Assembly: GCA_905188025.1 (NCBI GenBank)
Contig: CAJJKI010000004.1
Location: 8,629-72,628, forward strand
DNA length: 64,000 nt
Reading direction: 5' to 3'
Source of the DNA: an uncultured Eubacteriales bacterium
GTDB taxonomy: Bacteria; Bacillota_I; Bacilli_A; RF39; UBA660
Positions 9,841-17,751 of the stretch are shown piece by piece. The stretch's first letter is position 1; each line of letters begins with the position of its first letter. A program made the translations under genes and the position numbers. The notes beneath the pieces are model-generated. The model was not told the DNA's origin. It worked only from the letters and a program-made list of their open reading frames with translations, and ran no database searches.

Positions 9841-10368
9841 TTAAAGATTATCTTTTATTTCATCTTTTTCATAATACTTAACTATTTCATCGCCTGAGAT
9901 TTTTATTAATGTTGGTGCTGACACTTTTAAATCTTCTAGTGTTTTTGCTGATTTGTTACTTTCTTCTGATACATAGTTAGCATTTAAGGCTGATGATGTA
10001 TCAACTTTATAAACTTTAGAATCTGACAATTTTGAATTTATAATATTGCTTATAGCAGTATCTTCTTTATTGAAATCATAAAAATAAACATAGTATTCTT
10101 CTTCTGATTGTTTAAAAATTGAAGATGCTAAAATTGAATTTTTGACACTTGAAGTGTTTTCATTTGTATTATTATCTTTTTTTGTGTTAAACCAATTGGC
10201 TTCTTTAGTAATAAAGTTTACGGAAATTATATATATCAATGCTACTATAAATACTAATATACATGTTATTTTCACTAAATTCTTTATTTGATTCTTTTCT
10301 TTTATTTGCTCTTTTTCTAGGCTTTTTCCTTCTCTTTTCGCTTGTTTTCTTCTTAATTCTCTTCCCAT
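9841..10368 (-). CDS. hypothetical membrane-anchored protein
   Basis: 175 aa with a Lys/Glu-rich N-terminus, one TM helix (ITCILVFIVALIYIISV) and an extracytoplasmic domain. I recognise no family. Confidence 0.5.
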   Translation of the reverse strand: MGRELRRKQAKREGKSLEKEQIKEKNQIKNLVKITCILVFIVALIYIISVNFITKEANWFNTKKDNNTNENTSSVKNSILASSIFKQSEEEYYVYFYDFNKEDTAISNIINSKLSDSKVYKVDTSSALNANYVSEESNKSAKTLEDLKVSAPTLIKISGDEIVKYYEKDEIKDNL

Positions 10369-10493
10369 GTTATTTCCTCCAAGTTAATTATATAAAAAAA
10401 GAAGAAATTTGTAAAGTTATATATTTGTTTTATTTCTTCTATACATTATTCTTCTATATCATTGTATGTATTTATTATGATGAATATATTTTG

Positions 10494-10877
10494 CTATAAC
10501 CACTTTGCTACTTTAACTTCGCGGACCTCTTTTTTTTCATAACTACTAGTAAAATCAATTAACTTTTTTATTACTTCTTTGATGATACCTTTATTTTCAA
10601 ATGTTAATTCATCAACATTGACTATTTTTCTTAGACCTCTTTTGTATCTATTGTCTTTTATATATAAGTATAGGCTTCGATCTAGAGCTCTTATTAGCAT
10701 TAATTGATTTTCATTATTACCGTTGGCTGAAAAAATCAGCTCACGATACCAATCTATTAATTTTTTTGACAATATATCTCCATATGGGTATTCATAGTTT
10801 ACTATCTTATCATAATTTGGGCAATTCTCTAAAATCTTTTTTACATATTGAATATCTATTGTTTGTGTTTGTATCAT
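10494..10877 (-). CDS. hypothetical protein
   Basis: 127 aa clean ORF with no recognisable motif. Confidence 0.45.
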   Translation of the reverse strand: MIQTQTIDIQYVKKILENCPNYDKIVNYEYPYGDILSKKLIDWYRELIFSANGNNENQLMLIRALDRSLYLYIKDNRYKRGLRKIVNVDELTFENKGIIKEVIKKLIDFTSSYEKKEVREVKVAKWL

Positions 10878-10995
10878 ATCTTATCACCTATCTTATACGC
10901 TTATTATATAATAAGTTTCATTTGAAGTAAATATATTTTAAATTTTTTGTTTGCTTTTTTGTACATTTTATTTGATTTATTTTCTATGTTAGAAG

Positions 10996-12153
10996 TTATT
11001 CTTCTTGTTCCTGAATTATTTCTACTACTTTTGTAATGTCTTCTATTACTGAGATGAATAATTCTAATTTTATTTTTGAGTTTTGATTTTCTTTTTTTAA
11101 AACCATAAAATCATTAAACTTTATTATTTTGTCATTACCATTTTTCATCTTGTTTTTGGATATTTCAATGGCTTTGTTTACCGCGGTTTCTTCAGTATAT
11201 ATATCTTCCTCTAAATGCAGTTCATATATCTTTTCCTTAATCAATTTTATAGGTATGATATTATTTTCTAATATAGTAGTTGTTGTAGACTTGAATTGTT
11301 TATACTTTTTGTATGGCAAGATTGGTATTTTTTTATTAAATATTTGTATTGCCACAATTTCTTTACTTTTTCCTGTTAGCTGTTCTTCTTTGTAATATAA
11401 TGGGTATTCTATACTGACTTTGTACCAAACTTCTCCTAGTACTTGGCCTTTTGCCTTAGTATATATTTGTGTGCCATCAGGTTTTGTCATAATACCACTA
11501 ATTATTGTGTCATCTTTTTTCACATATTGATCTATTAGTTGTGTTTTTTCACCGTTATAGGCTTTTATGCTTTTTATAATGGCATTTTTATTTGATACTA
11601 TAGACTGATAATCATACTCTTTCGTAATGTTTTCTTTTTTTCTTTCTACTAGTTTAATAATATATTTAGTACCACTTTCTTTTATTTCAATCCATTCTAA
11701 AATATCATTATTTTTCTTTAAAATGTTTTTCTTAACTTCATCTAAGTATTGATATTTTTTTTTGAATGTATACTCTTTGATATCATATTCAGCTAATTCT
11801 TTTTTTATTAGGTTTGATAATTTTTGATCATTATATACTATATCGATTGAGAATATGCAATTTGATAAAAAGTATAGTAATAATACTGATAAAATTAAGC
11901 TTGTCAGGATGATAATATTTTGATTAATAAACTCCTTTATCCTAATAACTCCATACTTTTTTAAGATTGTAATTTTATATGTAATTGAATATTTACTTAA
12001 TTTATAATAATCCTCATAATAGACAATTAAATTCAGTTCACTGCTATTTATCTTTTTCATTTCTATTATAGGAATTTTTTCTTTTATTAACCATTTCACA
12101 TAGTTATTTATATGCTTACCAACTACTTTTACTTTTAAATAGTTTTTTTTCAT
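10996..12153 (-). CDS. yqfD: sporulation protein YqfD
   Basis: 385 aa. The N-terminal domain, a single central TM helix (IIILTSLILSVLLLYFL) and its position directly after a YqfC/YabP-domain gene match YqfD. Confidence 0.75.
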   Translation of the reverse strand: MKKNYLKVKVVGKHINNYVKWLIKEKIPIIEMKKINSSELNLIVYYEDYYKLSKYSITYKITILKKYGVIRIKEFINQNIIILTSLILSVLLLYFLSNCIFSIDIVYNDQKLSNLIKKELAEYDIKEYTFKKKYQYLDEVKKNILKKNNDILEWIEIKESGTKYIIKLVERKKENITKEYDYQSIVSNKNAIIKSIKAYNGEKTQLIDQYVKKDDTIISGIMTKPDGTQIYTKAKGQVLGEVWYKVSIEYPLYYKEEQLTGKSKEIVAIQIFNKKIPILPYKKYKQFKSTTTTILENNIIPIKLIKEKIYELHLEEDIYTEETAVNKAIEISKNKMKNGNDKIIKFNDFMVLKKENQNSKIKLELFISVIEDITKVVEIIQEQEE

Positions 12154-12185
12154 AATACACCTATAAATACTTATGCTTAAAGAAT

Positions 12186-12674
12186 CTATTTTATGAAAAT
12201 GTTTTTGGAGTTACCAATTACTAGTAATTCATTATCAAGCATTTTTACAATAGTTAAATCTGTGCCCTCAATAATATATATTTTATCTTCACACCTTACA
12301 GTTATTTTTTCTGGGGAAAAATCTAATATTTCTTGATAATTATTTATATTTATTTTATTTTTCTTTATTGTTATTTTACAATCATTATCATTTAAATAAT
12401 TTTCCATTCTATTAACTAATTTCATGTTATAGTATATGTTATTATTTTTCAATAAATTCTCAAGTGGAATATTTAATGCTATAGAAATGTTGTATATTGT
12501 TTGAAGAGAAAAATCTTTTGAACAATTAGGAGCTTCTATTCTTCTAATATATGCATATGAATATCCACATTTCCTGGCTAATTCATTTTGTGTCATACCT
12601 TTTAATTTACGATATTTTTTTATATTTTTAGAAACTAATTGATAAATATTACTTTCAATTACCAATACTATCAC
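12186..12674 (-). CDS. XRE-type HTH domain fused to a YabP/YqfC sporulation domain
   Basis: The N-terminus IKKYRKLKGMTQNELARKCGYSYAYIRRIE...IALNIPLENLL is a classic XRE helix-turn-helix. The C-terminus ILDFSPEKITVRCEDKIYIIEGTDLTIVKMLDNELLVIGNSKNIFI matches the YabP/YqfC pattern. The start overlaps the sigma gene end by 20 nt. Confidence 0.6.
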   Translation of the reverse strand: MIVLVIESNIYQLVSKNIKKYRKLKGMTQNELARKCGYSYAYIRRIEAPNCSKDFSLQTIYNISIALNIPLENLLKNNNIYYNMKLVNRMENYLNDNDCKITIKKNKININNYQEILDFSPEKITVRCEDKIYIIEGTDLTIVKMLDNELLVIGNSKNIFIK

Positions 12675-13311
12675 GAAGTTTCTGAAGTATTTTCTTTTCT
12701 TTGCGTGACACTTCTACTTGATGAATTCCAAGATATTCACCTACTTCTCTTTGAGATAGTTCTTCATAAAATCTTGACTCTATAATTTGTTTTTCTTCTG
12801 GCATTAGGCTATTTATAGCTTCTTTTATATGGTATGACTCAATGTTTTTGTCGTAGTAACCTATTGTGTCATATAATTCCATGCTCTTGTCACTGTTACT
12901 AACCATTTGATCTAAACTGTTAACTTTTGAGTTAATAATTATAGTGTTTTCGATAATTTGTTCATCTATTTCTAGAAATTGCGATAACTCATGAATAGAT
13001 GGTACTTTCATCAACTGCTGAGATAACAATTCTTTTGCTTTTAATATTTTTAGATATAGAATTTTATTTTTACGACTAACTTTTATTGAACGAGAACTAT
13101 TAATATATTTGGTAACCTCTCCGATAATATACGGATAGGCATAAGTAGTAAACTTGGTGTTATACTCTACTTTGTAATTTTTACTTGCCTCGATTAGCCC
13201 GATTGCAGCTACTTGATATAAATCTTCTAATTCAAAATATGATTGATAACGCTTTATTACTGAATAAATTAATCTTTCATTTTCTAATATTATTGATGAT
13301 ATATCGTTCAT
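12655..13311 (-). CDS. sporulation-type group 3 sigma factor (SigF/SigG-like)
   Basis: 218 aa. Region 2 reads DLYQVAAIGLIEASKNY...FTTYAYPYIIGEV. IKVSRKNK aligns with SigF VKVSRSLK. Region 4.2 reads SQREVGEYLGIHQVEVSRKEKKIL. A STAS gene lies directly upstream. Confidence 0.75.
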   Translation of the reverse strand: MNDISSIILENERLIYSVIKRYQSYFELEDLYQVAAIGLIEASKNYKVEYNTKFTTYAYPYIIGEVTKYINSSRSIKVSRKNKILYLKILKAKELLSQQLMKVPSIHELSQFLEIDEQIIENTIIINSKVNSLDQMVSNSDKSMELYDTIGYYDKNIESYHIKEAINSLMPEEKQIIESRFYEELSQREVGEYLGIHQVEVSRKEKKILQKLRDSIGN

Positions 13312-13321
13312 TTTAGCTCCT

Positions 13322-13636
13322 TTATAATACTTCAGATTCGTCTTTTATACTTGGCATTAGTCCTAAAAATATTTTATTGATTATACTGCTCTTGTCACAT
13401 ATTATTAATTGACTATCAGCACTTTTAGAGGTGTTGTATATTTCTAAAATATAATTTAGTCCATTTAAATCAATTTTATTTATATCATTGGTATTTAAAA
13501 CAATATATTTAAACTTGTTAACTTTTATTAATTCTTCTAAATGTGCTTTTACATTGGAATAGTTTTTATCATTCATTTCTCCTATTAACCGAATGAAAAA
13601 GATACCTTTTCTAAACTCATAGTTTATATCTAACAT
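13322..13636 (-). CDS. STAS-domain anti-sigma-factor-antagonist-like protein (SpoIIAA-like, phospho-Ser replaced)
   Basis: 104 aa that aligns by eye to B. subtilis SpoIIAA: IFFIRLIGEMN with VLCIRLTGELD, and YIVLNTNDINKIDLNGLNYIL with HIVLNLEDLSFMDSSGLGVIL. It ends 10 nt upstream of the sigma gene. Confidence 0.7.
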   Translation of the reverse strand: MLDINYEFRKGIFFIRLIGEMNDKNYSNVKAHLEELIKVNKFKYIVLNTNDINKIDLNGLNYILEIYNTSKSADSQLIICDKSSIINKIFLGLMPSIKDESEVL

Positions 13637-13700
13637 TTTGTTGTTCCTTTCTCTTAAAATTTAACACTTTTTTTGACTTTTGCCTACTGTTTCGACAATA

Positions 13701-14798
13701 CTAGTCAATTGTTTTGCTCGACTTTTTTCGCATACGTTTTATGGCTTGAATTATGTTTGCAATGACTAGTAAAGCTAAGATAATATAAATTTTTAGGGGA
13801 ATATATTTTTCTTTTTCGGTTATTTTCTTTTCAATATATTTTGTCTTAGTTATCTGTTTTTGTGGTTGCTCAGTTACTTTATTTCCATTTTTATTGTCGT
13901 TATCTTTAGTAGAATTATCATTTTCTAAATAAATATATTCTTTTATTGGAGTGATTTCTTTGACTGTCTTTGTTATATTAATGATTCTTTCTGGAAGTTC
14001 TCCAGTATATTCTACTATGTAATCACTAGTATCAGGTATATAACCTTCAATGTATTCATGATAGTTGTTGTCATAGTATTTCTTTTTTAATTTATAATGA
14101 TATGTTAAGATCTCTTTGATACGACAAGAAGTTCTAAAAGCAGTAAATTTCCTAAATTCGTTTTCAGGAACATTTTCATGCAAGTAATCTACGGCATATG
14201 TTGTTTTATCTGTAATCCATGTTTTGTCTGGTTTTATTAATCTTTCATTTACTACGTGTTTATATACTGATAATGCTAATATTGCTTCACTAGAAGACAT
14301 ATATATATCATATTCTCCAAGAGTGTCAATATATATTTGAATATTTTCAATATCAATCATGTTTTTTAGGTCTATAATTACTGTGTTATTGGATACTAAT
14401 TTTTTCTCCGATGGTATTTCATATAAATTTCTGAACACCCTAACAACATTTGGATTAGATAAATTAACAATCTTAATATACCTTGCTGCTTGAACTTTTT
14501 TGTATATTCTTTCAGTGTTTACATCAACAATATATTTTTCTCGGGATGAACTGCATAAGTCATAACTCCAGTTGCTATATTTACCATATTTTACATCGTA
14601 AGGATTCTCTAAATACTCAGTTAATTGACTTCCTTTTGGTAAGTATGTTTCATCCACTTTTTCTTCGATATACCACTTGTATTTTATTTTGGTATTTTCA
14701 GTGATGTTAATACTCTCCTCTGCTTTGACTAATTTTGGAGAGATAATAATTAGCATTAGTGCTATTATTATATTTATTTTTATTAATCTTTCATGCAT
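13701..14798 (-). CDS. hypothetical secreted protein with C-terminal membrane anchor
   Basis: I chose the ATG at 14798, preceded by AAAGGAG. It has a signal peptide (MHERLIKINIIIALMLIIISPKLVKA) and a C-terminal TM helix followed by a basic tail (IYIILALLVIANIIQAIKRMRKK). Confidence 0.55.
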   Translation of the reverse strand: MHERLIKINIIIALMLIIISPKLVKAEESINITENTKIKYKWYIEEKVDETYLPKGSQLTEYLENPYDVKYGKYSNWSYDLCSSSREKYIVDVNTERIYKKVQAARYIKIVNLSNPNVVRVFRNLYEIPSEKKLVSNNTVIIDLKNMIDIENIQIYIDTLGEYDIYMSSSEAILALSVYKHVVNERLIKPDKTWITDKTTYAVDYLHENVPENEFRKFTAFRTSCRIKEILTYHYKLKKKYYDNNYHEYIEGYIPDTSDYIVEYTGELPERIINITKTVKEITPIKEYIYLENDNSTKDNDNKNGNKVTEQPQKQITKTKYIEKKITEKEKYIPLKIYIILALLVIANIIQAIKRMRKKSSKTID

Positions 14799-14885
14799 CT
14801 TGCTCCTTTCTTGGCCTTCACTAATATTATTAAAGAAGGACATATCATTTTACTTTTTTTGTTGAAAATTTAGACAAGATTGCAT

Positions 14886-14914
14886 TAAAAAACACCTAAA
14901 GTTACTTTTAGGTG
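14886..14914 (-). terminator. rho-independent terminator
   Basis: CACCTAAA-loop-TTTAGGTG hairpin flanked by an A-run and a T-run, downstream of the 14930 gene. Confidence 0.7.
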
Positions 14915-14929
14915 AATTTTTATTATTAA

Positions 14930-15511
14930 TTATTTATTACATTCGCTACATTTATTTTCTACTACTGGTGATATCATATTTGTTAATTTTAATTTTAGAT
15001 TTTTAATTCTTTCTTCTGTCCAGTAATCTTTTGGATCGTTAAAACCTAGGGTATCATATGAACTTTCATCATCAAAACCAGTTATTTTTCCTTCTACAAC
15101 TGATATTACGGCTGGGACATAAATTCTCTTGTTTCCCTCTTCATCGTATCTTAAATTATCTGATAAGATGCTCACAAGTTTTTGATAGAACTCTGTGTTA
15201 TCTTGACGGTCTTTTAAAATATTGTAGTAATATACTTTGTCAAGTCCTTCAATATCAGCTACTTCATTTAGAATTGGAACATAGGCTTGACACCAAGGAC
15301 ATTCAGGAAATCCTAGATATACGATGCCAGTGCCATGTTCTAATATTTTGATAATCTCATCTTCACTTCGATAAGTAAAGACATTGTATTCTTGGACTTG
15401 AGTATATTCACTAGCGAATTTTTTGCTATCACTTATAGTCTCTTTACCTTTACATGAAGTTAAGAGTAATACTGATAATATAAGTGTTATAATAAGCATT
15501 TTTCTTTTCAT
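14930..15511 (-). CDS. thioredoxin-fold lipoprotein (CPWC active site)
   Basis: Lipobox LLLTSC after a signal peptide. FPECPWCQ is a thioredoxin-like CxxC motif. Confidence 0.65.
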   Translation of the reverse strand: MKRKMLIITLILSVLLLTSCKGKETISDSKKFASEYTQVQEYNVFTYRSEDEIIKILEHGTGIVYLGFPECPWCQAYVPILNEVADIEGLDKVYYYNILKDRQDNTEFYQKLVSILSDNLRYDEEGNKRIYVPAVISVVEGKITGFDDESSYDTLGFNDPKDYWTEERIKNLKLKLTNMISPVVENKCSECNK

Positions 15512-15577
15512 TTTATCACTCCATATGCAATATATTTGCTAAACAACTATGTACTTTAATTAATTTTATTGATTAGA

Positions 15578-15790
15578 CTATAGAAAAGATATGAATGTAC
15601 ATAGTACAAAGAAAGTAAAGCCAAGGATAAAAGTTAAACGACTTATTAGTAACTCTGTGCCACGCTCTTTTCTATTTTGAAATAATTCTGAACCGCCAGA
15701 TTGAATTATACTAGCACTTTCAGCTTTGCCACTTTGTAATAAAACGATGGCAATTAACAATATTGATATTATTACAACTGCTGTTTCCAT
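15578..15790 (-). CDS. secG: preprotein translocase subunit SecG
   Basis: 70 aa with two TM helices and the LLQSGKAE...LFQNRKERG pattern typical of SecG. Confidence 0.85.
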   Translation of the reverse strand: METAVVIISILLIAIVLLQSGKAESASIIQSGGSELFQNRKERGTELLISRLTFILGFTFFVLCTFISFL

Positions 15791-15843
15791 ATTTTCCTCC
15801 TTAATTTATTGTTATTGTATCATATATTTTATTTTTTTTCAAC

Positions 15844-17265
15844 TTAATATTGAATGCCCCATACGACAGTGTATTTTGAAGTTTTTCCGCATACTGGGCA
15901 TTTATCATGATCATTTTCTTCGGTGATGCATCTTGACTTCAAACCATTTATTTCTTTCATTTTTAATTCACACTCAGTGTTACCACACCATGGTGCATAA
16001 ATGAAGCCTGGTTGAGTTGACATTATCTTCCTTATTTCATCAATTGTTTTAGCTTTATATGTCATACTATCTCTTCTAGCTTTTGCACGTTCGTATAGAT
16101 TTTTTTGAATTTTTTTCATTAAATCTTCAATATACTCTACGATATTTTCGTTTATAGAAATAGTATTTTTTTCTAATGTATCTCTTCTAGCAATGGTTAT
16201 TTGATTATTTTCAATGTCCCTTTTTCCTAATTCTATTCTAACTGGAATGCCATTTACTTCGGCTTCAGCTAATTTATATCCAAATGATTTTTCAGTTTCA
16301 TCAATGTATGATGTAATGTTGGCTTTATCTAGTGTTTGATGAATCTTTTCAGCTAGCTCATTGGTTTTTTCGTCAGTTGTAGCTTTAATGATGGCAACTT
16401 GTACAGGAGCTATTTTTGGTGGAAGGATTAGTCCATTATCGTCTCCATGCACCATTATTAGGGCTCCGATCATTCTATTTGAGGTTCCCCAAGAAGTTTG
16501 ATAAGCATAATCATATTTATTGTCTTTGTTTACAAATTTTATATCATATGCTTTAGAAAATTTTTGTCCAAAATAATGACTTGTACCTGATTGTAATGAT
16601 ACACCATTATACATTAGAGCTTCGATTGTTAAAGTATATTCTGCTCCGGCAAATTTTTCTTTTTCAGTTTTGCGGCCACTTAAAACGGGGATAGCAAGAT
16701 ACTCCTCAAAGAAATTTTTATATACTTCCAACATTTTTTGAGTTTCAGCTTCAGCTTCTTCGCGAGTAGCATGAACTGTGTGGCCTTCTTGCCAGAAAAA
16801 TTCTCTGCCTCTTAAAAATGGTCTTGCTTCTTTTTCCCAGCGCATAACATTGCACCATTGATTGTATTTTAACGGTAAATCTTTATATGATTTAACTACT
16901 TCATGATAGTAATCACTAAATAATGTTTCGCTAGTTGGACGAATGCACATTCTTTCATCAAGTTTCTTTTCTCCGCCTTGTGTTACCCATGCTACTTCAG
17001 GAGCAAAACCTGCTACTAGTTCTCCCTCTTTTCTTAGTAAACCTTCAGGAATTAACATTGGCATTTGAACATTTTTATGGCCTGTTTCTTTGAATTTTTT
17101 ATCCATTACAGATTGAATTTTTTCCCAAATTGCAGTACCATTTGGTTCATATATAATGCATCCTTTTACATTTGAATATCTAGCAAGTTTTGCAGCAGTT
17201 ACTACGTCGGTATACCACTTGGCAAAATCTATATCTCTTTTTGTTATTGCTTTATTTCCATTCAT
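15844..17265 (-). CDS. proS: proline--tRNA ligase (archaeal/eukaryote-like type with C-terminal zinc-binding domain)
   Basis: About 473 aa from the ATG at 17265 (AGGTG upstream). It reads FAKWYTDVV...IRPTSET...FRGREFFWQEGHT and has the C-terminal WCG...CE...C..CG domain of the short ProRS type, with no INS editing domain. Confidence 0.92.
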   Translation of the reverse strand: MNGNKAITKRDIDFAKWYTDVVTAAKLARYSNVKGCIIYEPNGTAIWEKIQSVMDKKFKETGHKNVQMPMLIPEGLLRKEGELVAGFAPEVAWVTQGGEKKLDERMCIRPTSETLFSDYYHEVVKSYKDLPLKYNQWCNVMRWEKEARPFLRGREFFWQEGHTVHATREEAEAETQKMLEVYKNFFEEYLAIPVLSGRKTEKEKFAGAEYTLTIEALMYNGVSLQSGTSHYFGQKFSKAYDIKFVNKDNKYDYAYQTSWGTSNRMIGALIMVHGDDNGLILPPKIAPVQVAIIKATTDEKTNELAEKIHQTLDKANITSYIDETEKSFGYKLAEAEVNGIPVRIELGKRDIENNQITIARRDTLEKNTISINENIVEYIEDLMKKIQKNLYERAKARRDSMTYKAKTIDEIRKIMSTQPGFIYAPWCGNTECELKMKEINGLKSRCITEENDHDKCPVCGKTSKYTVVWGIQY

Positions 17266-17333
17266 TTTGCACCTCACATGTATGAATTATATCACATAAT
17301 TTAAAATATTTGAATAAATTTTATAATTTTTCA

Positions 17334-17362
17334 TTGACAAACGTTTTTTTTTAATATATAAT
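17334..17362 (+). promoter_or_regulatory. sigma-A consensus promoter for the tRNA-Ala/tRNA-Pro unit
   Basis: TTGACA (17334-17339), a 17-nt spacer, then TATAAT (17357-17362), 13 nt upstream of the tRNA. Confidence 0.8.
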
Positions 17363-17375
17363 TTATATTGCTTGT

Positions 17376-17452
17376 GGGGAATTAGCTCAGTTGGCTAGAG
17401 CATCACGTTTGCACCGTGAGGGTCAAGGGTTCGAGTCCCTCATTCTCCACCA
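17376..17452 (+). tRNA. tRNA-Ala (UGC)
   Basis: Hand-folded cloverleaf with acceptor GGGGAAT/ATTCTCC showing the G3:U70 identity pair, anticodon loop TTTGCAC, T-arm GGTTCGAGTCC and encoded CCA. Confidence 0.93.
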
Positions 17453-17457
17453 GTTTT

Positions 17458-17534
17458 CGGGAAGTGGCTCAACTTGGTAGAGCATTTGGTTTGGGACCAA
17501 GGGGTTGCAGGTTCAAATCCTGTCTTCCCGACCA
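17458..17534 (+). tRNA. tRNA-Pro (UGG)
   Basis: Cloverleaf with acceptor CGGGAAG/CTTCCCG, anticodon loop TTTGGGA, T-loop TTCAAAT and encoded CCA. Confidence 0.93.
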
Positions 17535-17544
17535 TTTAGATTAT

Positions 17545-17571
17545 AAAGCCTTGTATTTCGAGGCTTTTTTC
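17545..17571 (+). terminator. rho-independent terminator after tRNA-Pro
   Basis: AAAGCCT-loop-AGGCTTT hairpin followed by a T-run. Confidence 0.75.
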
Positions 17572-17714
17572 TTTTGCCTTTTTTTATTTTGTGTAACATT
17601 TACATACCAAAATAGAAAAATCTATATTGATTTATTTTTGTTATATTTTGAGTAAACATTTAAACTACGTGTTTAGTTTTTAATTTGAATTACTTATCTT
17701 ATAAAGATAAGATG

Positions 17715-17747
17715 AAAAAGCCAATTATGAATTTACATAACTGGCTT
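17715..17747 (-). terminator. rho-independent terminator after topA
   Basis: The minus strand has AAGCCAGTTAT-loop-ATAATTGGCTT followed by TTTTC. Confidence 0.7.
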
Positions 17748-17751
17748 ATTA

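Noticed and set aside
15844-17534. Divergent arrangement of proS with tRNA-Ala/tRNA-Pro as a functional unit
   Set aside because: The tRNAs have their own consensus promoter and terminator, and there is no T-box or shared regulatory element. Adjacency alone is insufficient, so I treat it as coincidence.
17416-17655. 79-aa ORF overlapping tRNA-Ala and tRNA-Pro, and the 60-aa ORF at 21726-21908 overlapping the tRNA operon
   Set aside because: These regions fold into canonical cloverleaf tRNAs with encoded CCA. The ORFs are artefacts of reading through structured RNA genes.
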